A stretch of 46,957 bases of DNA from a virus (IMGVR_UViG_3300032272_000025:1-46957); one strand, 5' to 3'; shown: positions 35,401 to 44,149, counted from the stretch's first letter. Notes: generated from the sequence alone by a model not told the origin. Made by a program: numbers and translations.

Positions 35401-35943
35401 TGTCAGAGCTCGTGAGCCAGCAGCCTGTTCAGCAAAGTAGTCAGCCAGAGTTGCCGCTGGATCTTTCACGTTCTTGTAGCCGAACACACCCTTGGCCACT
35501 TCGCCCATTGGCTCAGTGAGATACTTGGAGATCAGACGCAGAGGGCTCTCGAAGATACCAGAGGCAGCTTCAGATAGGTTTGGTGCGACTGCTGCTACGT
35601 TTTTACCAGCGAGCATTACACCTTCAAGCGCACTCAGAGTGTCAATATCGTCATGAGACAGTGACGCATTGTTAAAGTCAGTCAGGTATTTTGATGTACC
35701 TGGTGCACGCTTCTCCATGTCAGCAAAGTCGATGCCTTTGTAGATGAGATCTCGTTTGACCTCATCCTCGGCGCCGACCACAGCCTCAGCCGGGATGCCT
35801 GACTCTCTGCTCAGTCGCTGTGTCTCGGCGTGCTGCTTCGGATTTACTTTGAGTGCTTCAGATACTGTGAGTTGTGGGCTCTCAGTCTCAGTCTCAAAGG
35901 TGCTCAGATCTACATTAGACAGCTTACTCTCATTGATTGGCAT
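26485..35943 (-). CDS. Giant internal virion/ejection protein, polyvalent type (3152 aa)
   Basis: Third gene after the nozzle and before the fibre (gp16-like slot). Contains ILDIGASEG MTase, FHGT...GxGLYF ART-like, GPK..AF/DRW glycosylase-like and HEFAH zincin motifs. Confidence 0.85.
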   Translation of the reverse strand: MPINESKLSNVDLSTFETETESPQLTVSEALKVNPKQHAETQRLSRESGIPAEAVVGAEDEVKRDLIYKGIDFADMEKRAPGTSKYLTDFNNASLSHDDIDTLSALEGVMLAGKNVAAVAPNLSEAASGIFESPLRLISKYLTEPMGEVAKGVFGYKNVKDPAATLADYFAEQAAGSRALTKSLTADNKKLSPFMQDVASGVQSGVHGVALLGAAVLSRNPELMIPLMGASTFGTSASQGLEKGLSPEKAALLGTSQAGIEIFTEKLAFKPLQKILEKDPGFMKNVVGFLAREIPSEQAATVLQDLNDWAMLPENKDKPFTEYLAERPDAAVSTAIATVVGGGIQVGAAKGMSYYYESQYKKAETAAFNVKDQVDMNGQQTIDLLNHYASKSSTRELDGETFRQFVKGIDPDSQIHIDSEQAAEYLNQKTPEEIDADPALQILRDKLAEEGELNTSISIPVADFATDLAGTEHYDELRQHMTVDPETPTPFRHEQAVESMKAYRDRLMDQANETVSQYAESQEIFASVRDQLIDTGRVDAQQASLLAEIVPAYIAVKSKELKLPVAQMYEQFGLKVEGPMTGKAAELQAAGVLKQGEPVEFKPISVADAVAENGGITLNPNGSVFEADTGYVATMRSKNITDEADVDAELLAFAEENKELLSRSNVTIGVFDFGDGNKSIDINVVTPDKGQALQLGKDLNQDSIYDLANKTVIKTGGTGGTGLSLEGASAFLTKRDSSVTLAGIDIPTNESGQIRLTHRSRKEGLTEIDPSFHGTGYTGDETKRKKENPAAWVDRAYYGIEEGTAADYKQEKEIGTKTYNVFIDPASLYDFNADPDNLKAESTDFGVFDLSTYEKNIKEAGYAGYIVNDPSVGLVAASFYKGKVDGEIAATKKQEADAFKDFFAGVTEGEEGKPSLKKEYTPVIDTPVDPDFKAAIDKHRGNFDVHIASSIPGHREVQDLVGAAIAKTFKTGTILDIGASEGAMVKAIAETSEMTGVALDPNDSMEATFNKSPVPGAEYVNAAFGTEQADDGTEAWEGTNWYDPKSQKFDVVHESMVFQFIHNDRDAQIGRVADLVAEGGVAIIEEKLFTDQWDANEAKKNEYKSQYFRKEDMTKKSAEVLEGMNKNMVEQAELESILRKNFKFVTQYWDSGNFKGYAASNDNQALQELVGNIGDTSTEYTTAPVLKQSAFHGTPHKFDKFSLAAMGSGEGAQAYGWGLYFAGKKEIAEYYRDTLSEGENPEWYEDISEIEKEAADFALSSAHTGSTWVSAKQQFIESYNLSEATMKDYSSAFDSLAKADHPLKSGTLYQVDIPEDDVLLDWDKPMSEQSPKVLRALRGVDSPKIKESLQSFEMGSTTGRTIYFILKDELDQPPYSIYDDRSDKKASIFLDSIGIKGLKYSDATSRGKSSGTSNYVIWDEGAVTIEAVNDEVKQAQVYKQSAALRRGTETLKRFGLDPNKRHLTRDVAAALEARTRQKYGMVDRKDQSPEASKKLAKWMVDEVMFELDSPGESGVGWYSEKFQAAIDTFAEQFPELQTDQDARNTLTLLIAITSDGQKVVPNFAQAVDIYSNYRDGNGFTTDRGHQRQDSIDANLQILTDMFSRMTAAEVHENLMQEATISELKKMAKEDGVEFSTNHQAHIKLPMAAIVLGPKLGAFYANLMGSHGYLTMDRWWTRTFNRYRGSLLQSVSGTSDKPTDAKGRKIGLARFKDLIGQPDISDDEALAQTVVHAKTYADKGYKDGTPVEKAANSLYKQAFVNIEDAPYSATDRTFMLDTVNRAQKTLSRKGHKLTVADIQAILWYYEKRLYGELGAKQTADISYQEAAARVIESRGGPAGQNIQLDESEGIPVGSDVFNQPEQTTSDVTRGTYDSGNTLIRLTESSDLSTFLHEFAHFMLDMEQKTDGSQLPAIKNWIASNIQDVAKEATDNMTDGISMVSTDNIREFLANGTTGLADFDTAIEVAIHEQFARGFEAYLMEGKAPSMELRNVFRTFARWLVQVYQVVKGDLNVKLTDEMRQVFDRLIATEEQIAAAEARAKFEPMFSDAAMAGMTDKQFAEYKEKQGLSEDKARETLRDQMIKQLTRQTQKWWKSEKSDLIDEETESLKGEPVYRAITALRGGEFKLDHAAVKEAYGFERTDKRGRTSTIVPPALIGLTIKGGEGVTADDAAAFFGFDSGDQMIKEIIDAPKLSVKAEQNAEARMIERHGDILTDGSIQQLADEAVMNEERGALILIELKALMKGTSQATLDRRTMKFLAEERVGQMSFREINPGKYRAAEIRAAQESATALAEGNKPLAADAKSRQAMNHYLAIAATEAKSNTMKIVDRVARYRKKSVRENIAKADAGYLEQIDKIISRFEFHKTATMKQVDRANVALATWVAERIETAGDNLVLSDAVLDEAYTTHWKNVKYDDLQGINDSLKNIEHVARYTNKISIGEDLRDFQEVVANFVAHVAKVGKKYPSKMSAGIGADVEDRNLFRWANAQMTKIPFLTRWLDNGEPVDMAHDLIMQRFTDALDHKFRLHTEVTEPTITALTEHMEKNAARMQRNIFIEEIGESMRATQVIAVALNTGNVGNLKKMLLGEGWANPENEDEITFENETLQAILSHMTREDWVLVQHVWDQMDKLYPMLKAVHESSSGLAPMKVAATPVVTEFGTFNGGYYPVVYSKARSHKAEKNADKAAAEVDSMFSRGGMISSSVTAGSVNERTGFYDRIELNLNTIPNHFEEVVHYVTHHDAVRQVNRLISSPAVADAITAALGEEEFKLLKPWLNDIAKDGSNTPSKTFIEAMFGNLRLGVTLGAMGFKASTGIMQIFGLFTTASEVGAGKTLKAIVSTVGRSRYLKSVRRVLGSTDDIQSAWDFASTRSKVMNHRTSTMDREIRAAETTLKGKKDKHDLRGKVAKVQSASMWHIAMVQTYMVDLPTWHAAYDKSLSEDGDERKAVKYADWAVENLQGSGATKDMATLMRNQSKLHTTLTMFMTFFSSLGNLARDTGRSAKSAPAHVTAAKVMFLFILPVLTEMLLRGEFDDEDKEPEEMLQETLIKLALYPVTAVPFARDALGALATDYSYNFSPVASTLEAGIQGYKGIAADFFDDSDVTVGPYKAASKLTGVALKIPGVSQAWATGGHIYDVIEEGEELTLRELIYGTKRK

Positions 35944-37574
35944 CAGTCCCTCACCTGCTCGTACAAGTTGATCAAGTTCTTGTTAGTGACTGGCAGGTTA
36001 TTTGCTCTGAGGGTGTTAGTCAATATATCAATCTCGTCTTGTGGCAGATCGAGCACCGCATCCTTCAATCTTACTTCAGATTTATAAGAGATACCGAGTA
36101 TGGATTTATCACGTGCAACCTTGCGCGTGAACCCATTGAGAAGGTCAGTGTACTCATCCGAAGTCAGGTCGCGTTTGAGCTGCACCTTGCGTGCGCGAGC
36201 CTCGTCGTCAATGAGCTTGTACACCTTATCCGCTGTGGCTTGTTTCTCTGTGCTCCAGTCCTTCGACTTCTTGCCCAGGATCTGTTCAACAGTCGATTTA
36301 GTCTGTGCTGCGATGGTGCGACCAACCTGATGCTCAGATGATTTCTCACCCTTGCGTGCCGCCTTGTATGCAGTGTAAAACTTATTGCGCTCTTCTTTGG
36401 CGAGGTGTGGTACATATTTGTTCGGGTCGACTTTCGCCAGCTCCACTGGGTCCATGAGCATGAACTCATTGTACTTGTTCCAGTTGGTAGTGACAGGCTT
36501 GCCGGATTCAATGGATCGCCTCTGTGTTACAGTCAGACTGTCCCAAGCTGCCTCATTGGTCGCCATAAACTGAGCAGCAGTGCCGCCTTTGTATATGAAG
36601 TCTTCAGCGAGCTCAAAGTTTTGAACCCTTGCATCAGCGTCAGCGGATCTCTTATTCGCGAATTGCGACTGCAGCTCACGAAGAGCCTTGCCCATCAGCT
36701 CTGGGTCATTCTTGGTCTTCTCGCGCACCGCGTCCTGCATCTCGGATAAGCTCTTGTAACGAGTGAGCACATTATTGGTGATAGACACCGCAGCAATCGC
36801 ATCGTCGCGCTGTTTCTCCTGCCTGCTCTTTGTCTCGATACCGTCTTTGATGATAGCCTTGTCAGCACCTTCCAGACGCTCACCATAAAGATCAAGAGCT
36901 TCCATGCCCTTCTCAGCAGACTCAGCAGTGGCTGCTTTGATAGCAGCCTGTGCAGCTGACGCATCGAAGTTCTGAAGCTGTTCGTTAAGTGCTTCACCAG
37001 AGATACCCTCAAGCTTGGCAGCGTCGCGAATGGCAGCTCTGCCTAATTCAAACTGCAGCGCCACGTTCTCTTTGTTGCCCCAGTCGAGTGCGATATTCTC
37101 GATTGAGTTCTCAACACCTGCTTTGATGGTGGCGACTTCCCACGCCTTGAACCCTTTGAATGCATGCTGCTGAATGTTACTCATGCCCTGTGTAACGTGC
37201 TTCTCAGCAACCCTGTTAAACTTGTCACGTGCGCCGGCACTCAGTGACTCAGAGTAGTTCTTCTTGAGCTTGGTGAGGCTCTCAGTGACCCTACCCTGCA
37301 TGTCATACGCATCTTTACCCTGGGTGTTGAAGTACCCACCATCTGGGTTATGGAAGAGTGCGTTCTTCTCTCGCTCGAACTTGGTGAGAGCTTCCTCAGC
37401 TTCAGTGGTGCTGATGTCGTCAACGATTGCTTCACCGGCTTTCGCCAGTGCAGATATACCTTCACCGAGTCCAGCGCCTGGTGCGGCACCGGCTGGCTGA
37501 TAGTTCGCACGAGGCGTCTTTGCGACCTGTAGGTCGACACGTTGTTCTCCGTATTCAGGGATCTTGATTGGCAT
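35943..37574 (-). CDS. Internal virion/ejection protein (gp15-like slot)
   Basis: MPIKIPEY N-terminus, helical, GYFNTQGKDA; synteny. Confidence 0.75.
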   Translation of the reverse strand: MPIKIPEYGEQRVDLQVAKTPRANYQPAGAAPGAGLGEGISALAKAGEAIVDDISTTEAEEALTKFEREKNALFHNPDGGYFNTQGKDAYDMQGRVTESLTKLKKNYSESLSAGARDKFNRVAEKHVTQGMSNIQQHAFKGFKAWEVATIKAGVENSIENIALDWGNKENVALQFELGRAAIRDAAKLEGISGEALNEQLQNFDASAAQAAIKAATAESAEKGMEALDLYGERLEGADKAIIKDGIETKSRQEKQRDDAIAAVSITNNVLTRYKSLSEMQDAVREKTKNDPELMGKALRELQSQFANKRSADADARVQNFELAEDFIYKGGTAAQFMATNEAAWDSLTVTQRRSIESGKPVTTNWNKYNEFMLMDPVELAKVDPNKYVPHLAKEERNKFYTAYKAARKGEKSSEHQVGRTIAAQTKSTVEQILGKKSKDWSTEKQATADKVYKLIDDEARARKVQLKRDLTSDEYTDLLNGFTRKVARDKSILGISYKSEVRLKDAVLDLPQDEIDILTNTLRANNLPVTNKNLINLYEQVRD

Positions 37575-38047
37575 TATTTTAACGCTCCATATGCGCTCTT
37601 AGCGAACTGAGCACCACCTGTCAACACTGATGTGCGGAATGCATTGCTACCTGCTCTTGCTCTGGCGCGACCATCCATGCGCGTGAGCATTGCGCCCTCT
37701 TCAACAGCAGTGGCTTGATCTTCAACTGACTGCCTGATCCTCATGGCGTCGACTTCACCCATTGTGAATGTATCACGCTGCACAGCAGCAGCAGACCCAG
37801 AGTTTACGACCACACCCGATGCACCGAACGCTGCTCGCTGTCGTGAAGCGAGCCTTGCCACGCTCTGCCTGAGATCGTTCTCTCGCTGCACACCGGCCTT
37901 GCGAATACGCACTGCGTCAATCTCACCCATTCGTGCATTGTATTCGGCAATGTGCTGATCACGCTCACCTGCGGCCTTTGCTGCACCACCTTGTGCAAGT
38001 GTCCCAGCTAGTGATAGTCCTGCCATTGCGAGTAGCTGCCATGCCAT
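37574..38047 (-). CDS. Small internal virion/ejection protein (gp14-like)
   Basis: Gly/Ala-rich, QRAAFGASGV..NSGS motif; synteny. Confidence 0.8.
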   Translation of the reverse strand: MAWQLLAMAGLSLAGTLAQGGAAKAAGERDQHIAEYNARMGEIDAVRIRKAGVQRENDLRQSVARLASRQRAAFGASGVVVNSGSAAAVQRDTFTMGEVDAMRIRQSVEDQATAVEEGAMLTRMDGRARARAGSNAFRTSVLTGGAQFAKSAYGALK

Positions 38048-38094
38048 ATTAGATCCTCCGGTGCGTCGATGATAACGCTAAAGTGCCCATGTTA

Positions 38095-40443
38095 TCAACC
38101 ACCAACAGAAATCTCAGGGATGATCGACAACACTGTCAACGGCAATGGTGATCTCTGCTGCACCCTGATGCCACCACCCAAGTTCCATTCCGGGTTGATG
38201 GTGACCTCCTGTTTATGCGTCTTGAGCCTTACAGCGTCGTAACCATCAGCGACGAACCGTGGTTTGATCTCAAGCATGTCTGACTCTGTGGTATCATCTG
38301 AACTTTCAGGGTCTGCAATCGGCCCGACCCATCCACCACGTGACTGATCGACCTCAACGAATACTCGTGACACTGATACTTCTTTACCCTTCAGAGTCTC
38401 CTTCTCCTTGGTCATATCGATATCAAGTGTATCGAGTGTGCACGTGTAAGGCAGACCAATGTGAACCACTGAAGCAGGTGTCGGCAGAGTAATGGCCCCA
38501 CCTGTAACAACCAATCCCTGCACCTCATTGCCATCAGCCAGCACTGCGGCAGTCTTGCCTTCAATGTGCGCTAGACCTGACATCAGATCCTTAGCGAGCG
38601 ACCACACCAGAGTAGCAGTTGCTTGGAGTGGTACAGGCAGTGCGAAGTTCACTTCACCAGTGACTACAGTTGGTGAGGTGTATCCTGTGATTGTGATCCT
38701 GTATTTCCTGCCGTCAGTGGCGTCAGTAAGCTCAACCACATTGCCAACATCACCTATCAAGAATGCAGCTGCTGATGCAGTGACTGTCAGAGCAGAGCCG
38801 GGTAGATAATCAGTAGCAGTAGTCACTGTCATCGTGGTGGCACCGGCATTCCTGCCGTCGTATGACAACCCGCTGTCTACGCAGAATGATTCTTCAGCTG
38901 TGAGGAACAGACGAGGTTCAATCCTTTCAACATACCGCTTGGTCAGCCCACCAATGGTGCGGTTCACTATTGCGTAGGTTGCGTCTCTGCCGTTTTCACT
39001 GATTGTAGTGACAGACTCAAACAGCCCGTCGGTTACATGTCGATGCCATGCAAACACTTCATGAGCCTTCAGGTAAGTCAGTCCGATCAGCTGTCCGTCG
39101 TCACGCACCACCCAGAGAATTGAGTACGGCTCTTCAGAGTACGTCATGTCCAGGATTTCATTACTCTCGAACATGTGCTCAGCTGTGACTGACAAGTCAC
39201 CGCCCTGATACTTATCAGCTGCGAACTCGTAGCTGACATCTCTGAGTCGGGCTCCTTTCGACTGCACGTACACAATGGAATCACCTACGATCGCAGGAGT
39301 GACCCAGCTGGCACCATGTGCTGATGAACGACGGGCTCCGACTGTTGATGGGGTGAGCACCAGATCCTGCCCTTCTGTGATCCTCCACACGCCACCAGCG
39401 GTGAGCATGACGAGCCCATCGACATCGATGATGTGTCGAATCTCATTGACCTGGTTGCTCGCAATGGTGAACTCAATCGCATCTGCATCACGAGATGGGT
39501 TTGAAGATCTCAGCGACAGGTACTGAGCAGTCTGACTGAGGAATGCAGTCTGTGGTCGGTTCGTAGTGTTCGCGAATACCCTGCGCTGCTGGTAGTAACC
39601 AACTGCGCCCGGTTTGTCACCGACTGCAAGGAACGGCTGATTATCTGCTGGAGGTGCGTCACTGGTCACTGGTGCAAGATTGAAGTCGTCAAACGTAAGA
39701 CCCGGCGTCACAGTGTCACCGATCCAACCATACACTCCTGTATTGGCTGATGGGTCTTTGTAGATGCGGTAGTAAACTGCACCGACGACTGCAACCCACG
39801 TGACCCTCACTCCGTATGTGACACCCAAAGCATTTTGAGTGATCGACGCGACCGGTGATGGCAGTGACTCTTCGCCATTTGCATCAACAGCTGTCACCAC
39901 ATAATAGTAGGTTTTATTCGCTGCGCCTGTTGGAGTACCCACCGCTGCCAAGGTCGGCAGAGCAGGAGTGGCCACGCTCGGTGCGAAACTGTCAACAGTC
40001 AGTGTCCACGTCAGTGCTGCAACGCGAGTGAGTGAGCGAGTGTCGTGGCTTGGATGTACGATGGTCATCACGTCAGCTGACTGAGTGACTTGCAACCTGG
40101 CCAGCTGAGCAGTGGTGTATGGTGTAACCACAGTCAATCGGACACCAGGCGTCACTTCGACATACGCACCGTTCTGAATGATCTGCAGCGACAGGTTCTC
40201 GAACACGAGTGTGTAAGTTTGCTCAGTGTTAAAGCTAAAAGGAATCAGTCGAGCCGCAGCAGCAGACGCTGCAATCTCACCTACGAATCGAGTACCGGGT
40301 CTGGAGTATGCACCACCCTGGGCACGTACAATGAAGTTCTCACACTGTGCCAACCCTGATGTGTACTTGGCCAAGTCAGCCCTTGATCTGAGCGACGGTG
40401 CGAGCTCGCCTGAAGTGAAACTACGCTGAATTGACTGAGCCAT
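38095..40443 (-). CDS. Tail tubular protein B / nozzle
   Basis: QRSFTSGELAP, N...QGGA..RPG, RLIPF, QSADV, QQRRVFA, AWHRH, VDSG, HIGLPY, QRSPLPLTVLS. Confidence 0.9.
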   Translation of the reverse strand: MAQSIQRSFTSGELAPSLRSRADLAKYTSGLAQCENFIVRAQGGAYSRPGTRFVGEIAASAAAARLIPFSFNTEQTYTLVFENLSLQIIQNGAYVEVTPGVRLTVVTPYTTAQLARLQVTQSADVMTIVHPSHDTRSLTRVAALTWTLTVDSFAPSVATPALPTLAAVGTPTGAANKTYYYVVTAVDANGEESLPSPVASITQNALGVTYGVRVTWVAVVGAVYYRIYKDPSANTGVYGWIGDTVTPGLTFDDFNLAPVTSDAPPADNQPFLAVGDKPGAVGYYQQRRVFANTTNRPQTAFLSQTAQYLSLRSSNPSRDADAIEFTIASNQVNEIRHIIDVDGLVMLTAGGVWRITEGQDLVLTPSTVGARRSSAHGASWVTPAIVGDSIVYVQSKGARLRDVSYEFAADKYQGGDLSVTAEHMFESNEILDMTYSEEPYSILWVVRDDGQLIGLTYLKAHEVFAWHRHVTDGLFESVTTISENGRDATYAIVNRTIGGLTKRYVERIEPRLFLTAEESFCVDSGLSYDGRNAGATTMTVTTATDYLPGSALTVTASAAAFLIGDVGNVVELTDATDGRKYRITITGYTSPTVVTGEVNFALPVPLQATATLVWSLAKDLMSGLAHIEGKTAAVLADGNEVQGLVVTGGAITLPTPASVVHIGLPYTCTLDTLDIDMTKEKETLKGKEVSVSRVFVEVDQSRGGWVGPIADPESSDDTTESDMLEIKPRFVADGYDAVRLKTHKQEVTINPEWNLGGGIRVQQRSPLPLTVLSIIPEISVGG

Positions 40444-40445
40444 AT

Positions 40446-41108
40446 TTAACCCTTCCTTACTGTTACAAACTCACTATCAACCGGTTCGGAATACTTCTCG
40501 TTAAGCGATGATGCAATCGCCTCAGCAATCATGGAGAGATACATTGCACGCTCTTTCCTCTCATATGCGAGACCAGTGTCGCCGCCAACCAGTGGCAGCG
40601 CCAACTCAGCAGCGAGGAGATGCGACAGTGCCATGTCAAACTCAATGTCAAACTCAGCCACATTGGTGACCTTTGCGCCGTATTCTATGCGAAGCTCAGG
40701 CTCATTTGCGGCGATCACCTTCTGGCCAGCTACATTGAACACCTCGTACTTCACTTCACGGCTCAGATCTGGATGGTAGACATCCTCCCAGTGACGCGGT
40801 CGATACACAGCACTACCATCACCAGCGGCAAGTGCTGCGTAGTTGAGGATGAGCCGGTTGATGCGAATAGCGTCGACCGGGTACTGATACAGATATGACC
40901 AGCCAAACACTGTATCAGATCTGAGACTGAGTGCTGCGATCCGCTTATTGAACCCCCACGGTGCGGCTTTCAGCACCATGTCTCGTACATTCGGGTACAG
41001 CAGCTTGCACTGTTGAGCCTGCAAGCTCGCTTCAGTCAGACTGAGAATACTACCACCCCTGATGTGTGATAGTGCGAGCTGACAGATCTCAACGTCGGAA
41101 GTTGCCAT
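40446..41108 (-). CDS. Tail tubular protein A / head-tail adaptor
   Basis: SDVEICQLALSHI, PWGF, YQYPVD, F..ALSHLLA. Confidence 0.88.
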   Translation of the reverse strand: MATSDVEICQLALSHIRGGSILSLTEASLQAQQCKLLYPNVRDMVLKAAPWGFNKRIAALSLRSDTVFGWSYLYQYPVDAIRINRLILNYAALAAGDGSAVYRPRHWEDVYHPDLSREVKYEVFNVAGQKVIAANEPELRIEYGAKVTNVAEFDIEFDMALSHLLAAELALPLVGGDTGLAYERKERAMYLSMIAEAIASSLNEKYSEPVDSEFVTVRKG

Positions 41109-41422
41109 TATGATTCACCCTCTGGGTACAGTTCTTTAACAGCAGAGCCTTGAGTCTTTGCGACAGCGATGGACGTGAACTGCAGGCAGACTCGTTGGTC
41201 AACCTCGCCTTCTTTGTCATCACCGTCCACATACTCTTCTTTGCGCTTCAGCAATGCGACTGCGCGAACATTCACAGAGTCACCAGCATTCAGCTTATCG
41301 AGTCCGAGCTTAGTCACGAGCTCATCTTCGAGCTCCAACCGGGTTCCATATGGGTAGTGACCCTCTGACGGAGAAGCATCATATTCGCTCTTCTCCTTCT
41401 CGATCTCGATCATGGCGCTCAT
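41108..41422 (-). CDS. Virion-associated protein
   Basis: YPYGTRLEL...KLGL...LQFT...LY pattern common between capsid and adaptor genes in this layout. Confidence 0.65.
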   Translation of the reverse strand: MSAMIEIEKEKSEYDASPSEGHYPYGTRLELEDELVTKLGLDKLNAGDSVNVRAVALLKRKEEYVDGDDKEGEVDQRVCLQFTSIAVAKTQGSAVKELYPEGES

Positions 41423-41691
41423 GACAGAGTCTCAACTGGTCCTGTTGCGTTCATGTCATCAGCGAATGTCACTTCAGCCATGTCGTTCTTGTCTGCCTCA
41501 GCCTTCTTCTTCGCTGCTGCAGCTTTCTGCTTGGCTTTCTTCGTCTCAGCTGCTTTCTGCTGAGGAGACAGCTCTTTAACTGGTTTCATCCATGAGCACT
41601 CTGGCAGCTCTTCTGGTGAATCAATGAACTCACCCGGCTCGTGAACTTTGGTTCCAAAATATCCTTTTTCTACTACTTCATAACGAGGCAT
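41419..41691 (-). CDS. Hypothetical virion-region protein
   Basis: SD AAGGAGAGG; Lys/Ala-rich. Confidence 0.7.
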   Translation of the reverse strand: MPRYEVVEKGYFGTKVHEPGEFIDSPEELPECSWMKPVKELSPQQKAAETKKAKQKAAAAKKKAEADKNDMAEVTFADDMNATGPVETLS

Positions 41692-41722
41692 ATCCCTCTC
41701 CTTGTATAAAATTGATTAAGAG

Positions 41723-41753
41723 AAAAAAAGGGGCGACACCTGCCGCCCCTTTC
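41723..41753 (-). terminator. Rho-independent terminator after the capsid genes
   Basis: Minus strand GGGGCGGC-AGGT-GTCGCCCC-TTTTTTT. Confidence 0.9.
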
Positions 41754-41763
41754 TCAGTTGTGC

Positions 41764-42207
41764 TTATGCACCAGTCACGTTGGTCTGGTTACCCATTGTG
41801 ATACCAGCCGTGATGTTACCTGCATTGAAGGCGCCGGTGACCGCTTCATAGGATACACCCAGATAGCGTTCGACGATACCGTTCGGCAGGAAGTCCAGGT
41901 TAAACTGTTTACCGGCTACGAGGTCGGCAATCAGAATGGTCTGGGATGCGATGATGGTGTTACATGCTGCAGTAGCACCAGTTTCCAGGTGAATGGTCAG
42001 TGCAGTAGCACCAGCCGCAGTAGTGAACGTGGTGTCGACCTGAACGAGAAGAGGAACCTTCGCGCCCTTACCGATATCATGAACCTGTGCGTTGGCTCCG
42101 TAAGGAGTACCTGGGGCGCCCAAGTCGATGACATTGGTCGACAACGTGTTAGCTACAGTCGTGATCGCCTGTGAGTCAGAGAAGATTTGCTGTGCGGAAA
42201 GAATCAT
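41764..42207 (-). CDS. Capsid cement/decoration protein (Bbp16-like)
   Basis: MIL....FSDSQAIT...STNVIDLG, RYL.V.Y, AG.ITAG; follows the major capsid gene. Confidence 0.85.
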   Translation of the reverse strand: MILSAQQIFSDSQAITTVANTLSTNVIDLGAPGTPYGANAQVHDIGKGAKVPLLVQVDTTFTTAAGATALTIHLETGATAACNTIIASQTILIADLVAGKQFNLDFLPNGIVERYLGVSYEAVTGAFNAGNITAGITMGNQTNVTGA

Positions 42208-42208
42208 A

Positions 42209-43207
42209 TTACACCACCCGTGCTTCAGTATTCAGAAGGGCATCGGTTTCACGAATCGGGATTCCGCGATAAGTGGTAACTTCTTTACCCTCGATTTCCA
42301 TAGTCTTCAAGCGAATGAAGCTATCGGATGCACCTGCATTGGTAGCCAATTTATCAAGTGCTTCAAGTACATCACGGTTGCAGTAGATGGCCATGTTAGC
42401 GCCAGCTACGCGACGGTTCTGCAGTTTGTAGTATGCGCTGCGCATGAAGTCATACAGTGCAACAGAGCCAGCCTGCATCAGTGATACGTCGATGTTTGCG
42501 ATGCGTGAAACATAGCGCCAGTCTTTAACTGCAAGACCTACGTGCCAAGTGAACAGCTCTTCTTTCACATAGTACGCATTGCCAGCACCATCAGTCACAC
42601 GCTGCTCACCTTTATCTTCACGGTTCACACCGGCTGAAGTACCTTTTGGATACAGCAGCTGACACTGATTGTCACCCCAAGTTACGAACCAGATGGAAGT
42701 GTTATCGACGCCGACGCCACCTGCATCAACGATCTGACCACCATTAGGTGCGGCCAAGCTGTTGAAGCGTGGAGAAAGACCCATAAACTGCTCTGGATCG
42801 GTTGCAGAGTTACCGTAGAAGATACGAGCAGCTACTTCCTGGTTCATTGCTTCCAGATAGCTCTGAGCTTCGCCCAGACGTACAGCACCTTCGTTGGTGG
42901 ACAGTTCAAGCAGACGTTTGTCTACAGAGGACAGACCCTCAACGAAGCCAGTGGTGTCAGTTACCTGAGCCTTGCCGGACTTACTCTGAGGAATACCCTG
43001 ATACAGTTTACCCCACGTTACAGTAGGAAGACCTGTACGCACGGTGTGGAGATGCTCAGTACCTTTGTTACACTCGACTGCGATTGCATCGTCAAGTACT
43101 GGGTTCATCTGTGTTAGCATTTCAATGATCTTTACGAAGTTACCGCGACCATCCTGCTGTTTATAGACGTCGATCAGATCGACGAATGTTGCGCCTAAAG
43201 TTGCCAT
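42209..43207 (-). CDS. Major capsid protein (BPP-1 Bbp17-like)
   Basis: IIEML...N..LDD, RTGLP, FYGN...PEQFMGL, TSIW, DWRYVSRIANID, RGIPIR..DALLNTE. Confidence 0.93.
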   Translation of the reverse strand: MATLGATFVDLIDVYKQQDGRGNFVKIIEMLTQMNPVLDDAIAVECNKGTEHLHTVRTGLPTVTWGKLYQGIPQSKSGKAQVTDTTGFVEGLSSVDKRLLELSTNEGAVRLGEAQSYLEAMNQEVAARIFYGNSATDPEQFMGLSPRFNSLAAPNGGQIVDAGGVGVDNTSIWFVTWGDNQCQLLYPKGTSAGVNREDKGEQRVTDGAGNAYYVKEELFTWHVGLAVKDWRYVSRIANIDVSLMQAGSVALYDFMRSAYYKLQNRRVAGANMAIYCNRDVLEALDKLATNAGASDSFIRLKTMEIEGKEVTTYRGIPIRETDALLNTEARVV

Positions 43208-43217
43208 GATTTACCTC

Positions 43218-43901
43218 TCATGTTTTATTGTTGTTGTCATTCGGGTACAGCTCACTGACAATATCCTTCGGAGCCTTTTGATGACCGCCCATGTCTCCAG
43301 GGTTGTCCTCCTTCAGAGTCTTGCCAACTTTCACCATAAACCGGAAGAGGTCAGGATTATTTGCCATCCCTTGTTCATCCAGCATTGTTCTCAGCTCTGG
43401 AGTACCGAACGCATCGATCGCTGCTTTAGCGACGCCCTGATTCTTTGCGAAATCAGCGCCACCAAACTCAGCATCATTTTTGCACTCGTTAGCCCATCCC
43501 TGAATAAGCTGTTCGTATGACGCATCCTGAGATTTCTGACCCTCCTCAGCCTGTGCAAGCATGAAGTCTATGATCTTCTGACTCTGTGCAGGGTTGAGTT
43601 CGGCGTCTGAAATCAGAGCATCGACCACCTCCTTGTTCTCATCAGTAAGTTCAATACCTTCAGGCAGGACGTAGCTGGAGGAATCATCATCACCAGTACC
43701 AGTGTCATCGCCATCAGCGTCGACCTTGGTTTCACCCTCGGTCTGTTTACCGTCTTCAGCGGCAGCATTGGTATCAGCCGCAGCCTGCTCACCTTCGTCG
43801 GTATTTGTATCACCAGTCAGCACTGAACCAGTGTCAGCCGGTGTATCACCGGTCAACACGCCAGCATCTGCTGCTGAAGTATCTACGCTCTCATCGCTCA
43901 T
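43218..43901 (-). CDS. Capsid scaffolding/assembly protein
   Basis: Acidic N-terminus, YVLPEG, D.EFGG, N.P....M.KVGK...ED, LYP; directly upstream of the major capsid gene. Confidence 0.8.
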   Translation of the reverse strand: MSDESVDTSAADAGVLTGDTPADTGSVLTGDTNTDEGEQAAADTNAAAEDGKQTEGETKVDADGDDTGTGDDDSSSYVLPEGIELTDENKEVVDALISDAELNPAQSQKIIDFMLAQAEEGQKSQDASYEQLIQGWANECKNDAEFGGADFAKNQGVAKAAIDAFGTPELRTMLDEQGMANNPDLFRFMVKVGKTLKEDNPGDMGGHQKAPKDIVSELYPNDNNNKT

Positions 43902-44149
43902 TCCTTATTCTCCTGTAGCATTTTTATTACTTGTTCTGGTGCGGCATCATTCATCTCATCCCAAAGCCACACACCTGCGTTGCGCCCACCAGTATTGTAC
44001 GCAAGCTTTATCGCGTCGACGTCGAAAGTACCAGCGAAGAATCCGAACGCATTCAGAAATCTCCACAGCATGTCACGACCCTCTTGAGTCGCCATCACTT
44101 TGGCAATGTTGTCTCGATCCATGTCGAACTCTTTCGCCTTATCGGTCAC
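43898..44149 (-). CDS. Bbp19-like protein
   Basis: VMAT.EGR..LW, AYNTGGRNAG; lies between portal and scaffold. Confidence 0.8.
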   Translation of the reverse strand: MTDKAKEFDMDRDNIAKVMATQEGRDMLWRFLNAFGFFAGTFDVDAIKLAYNTGGRNAGVWLWDEMNDAAPEQVIKMLQENKE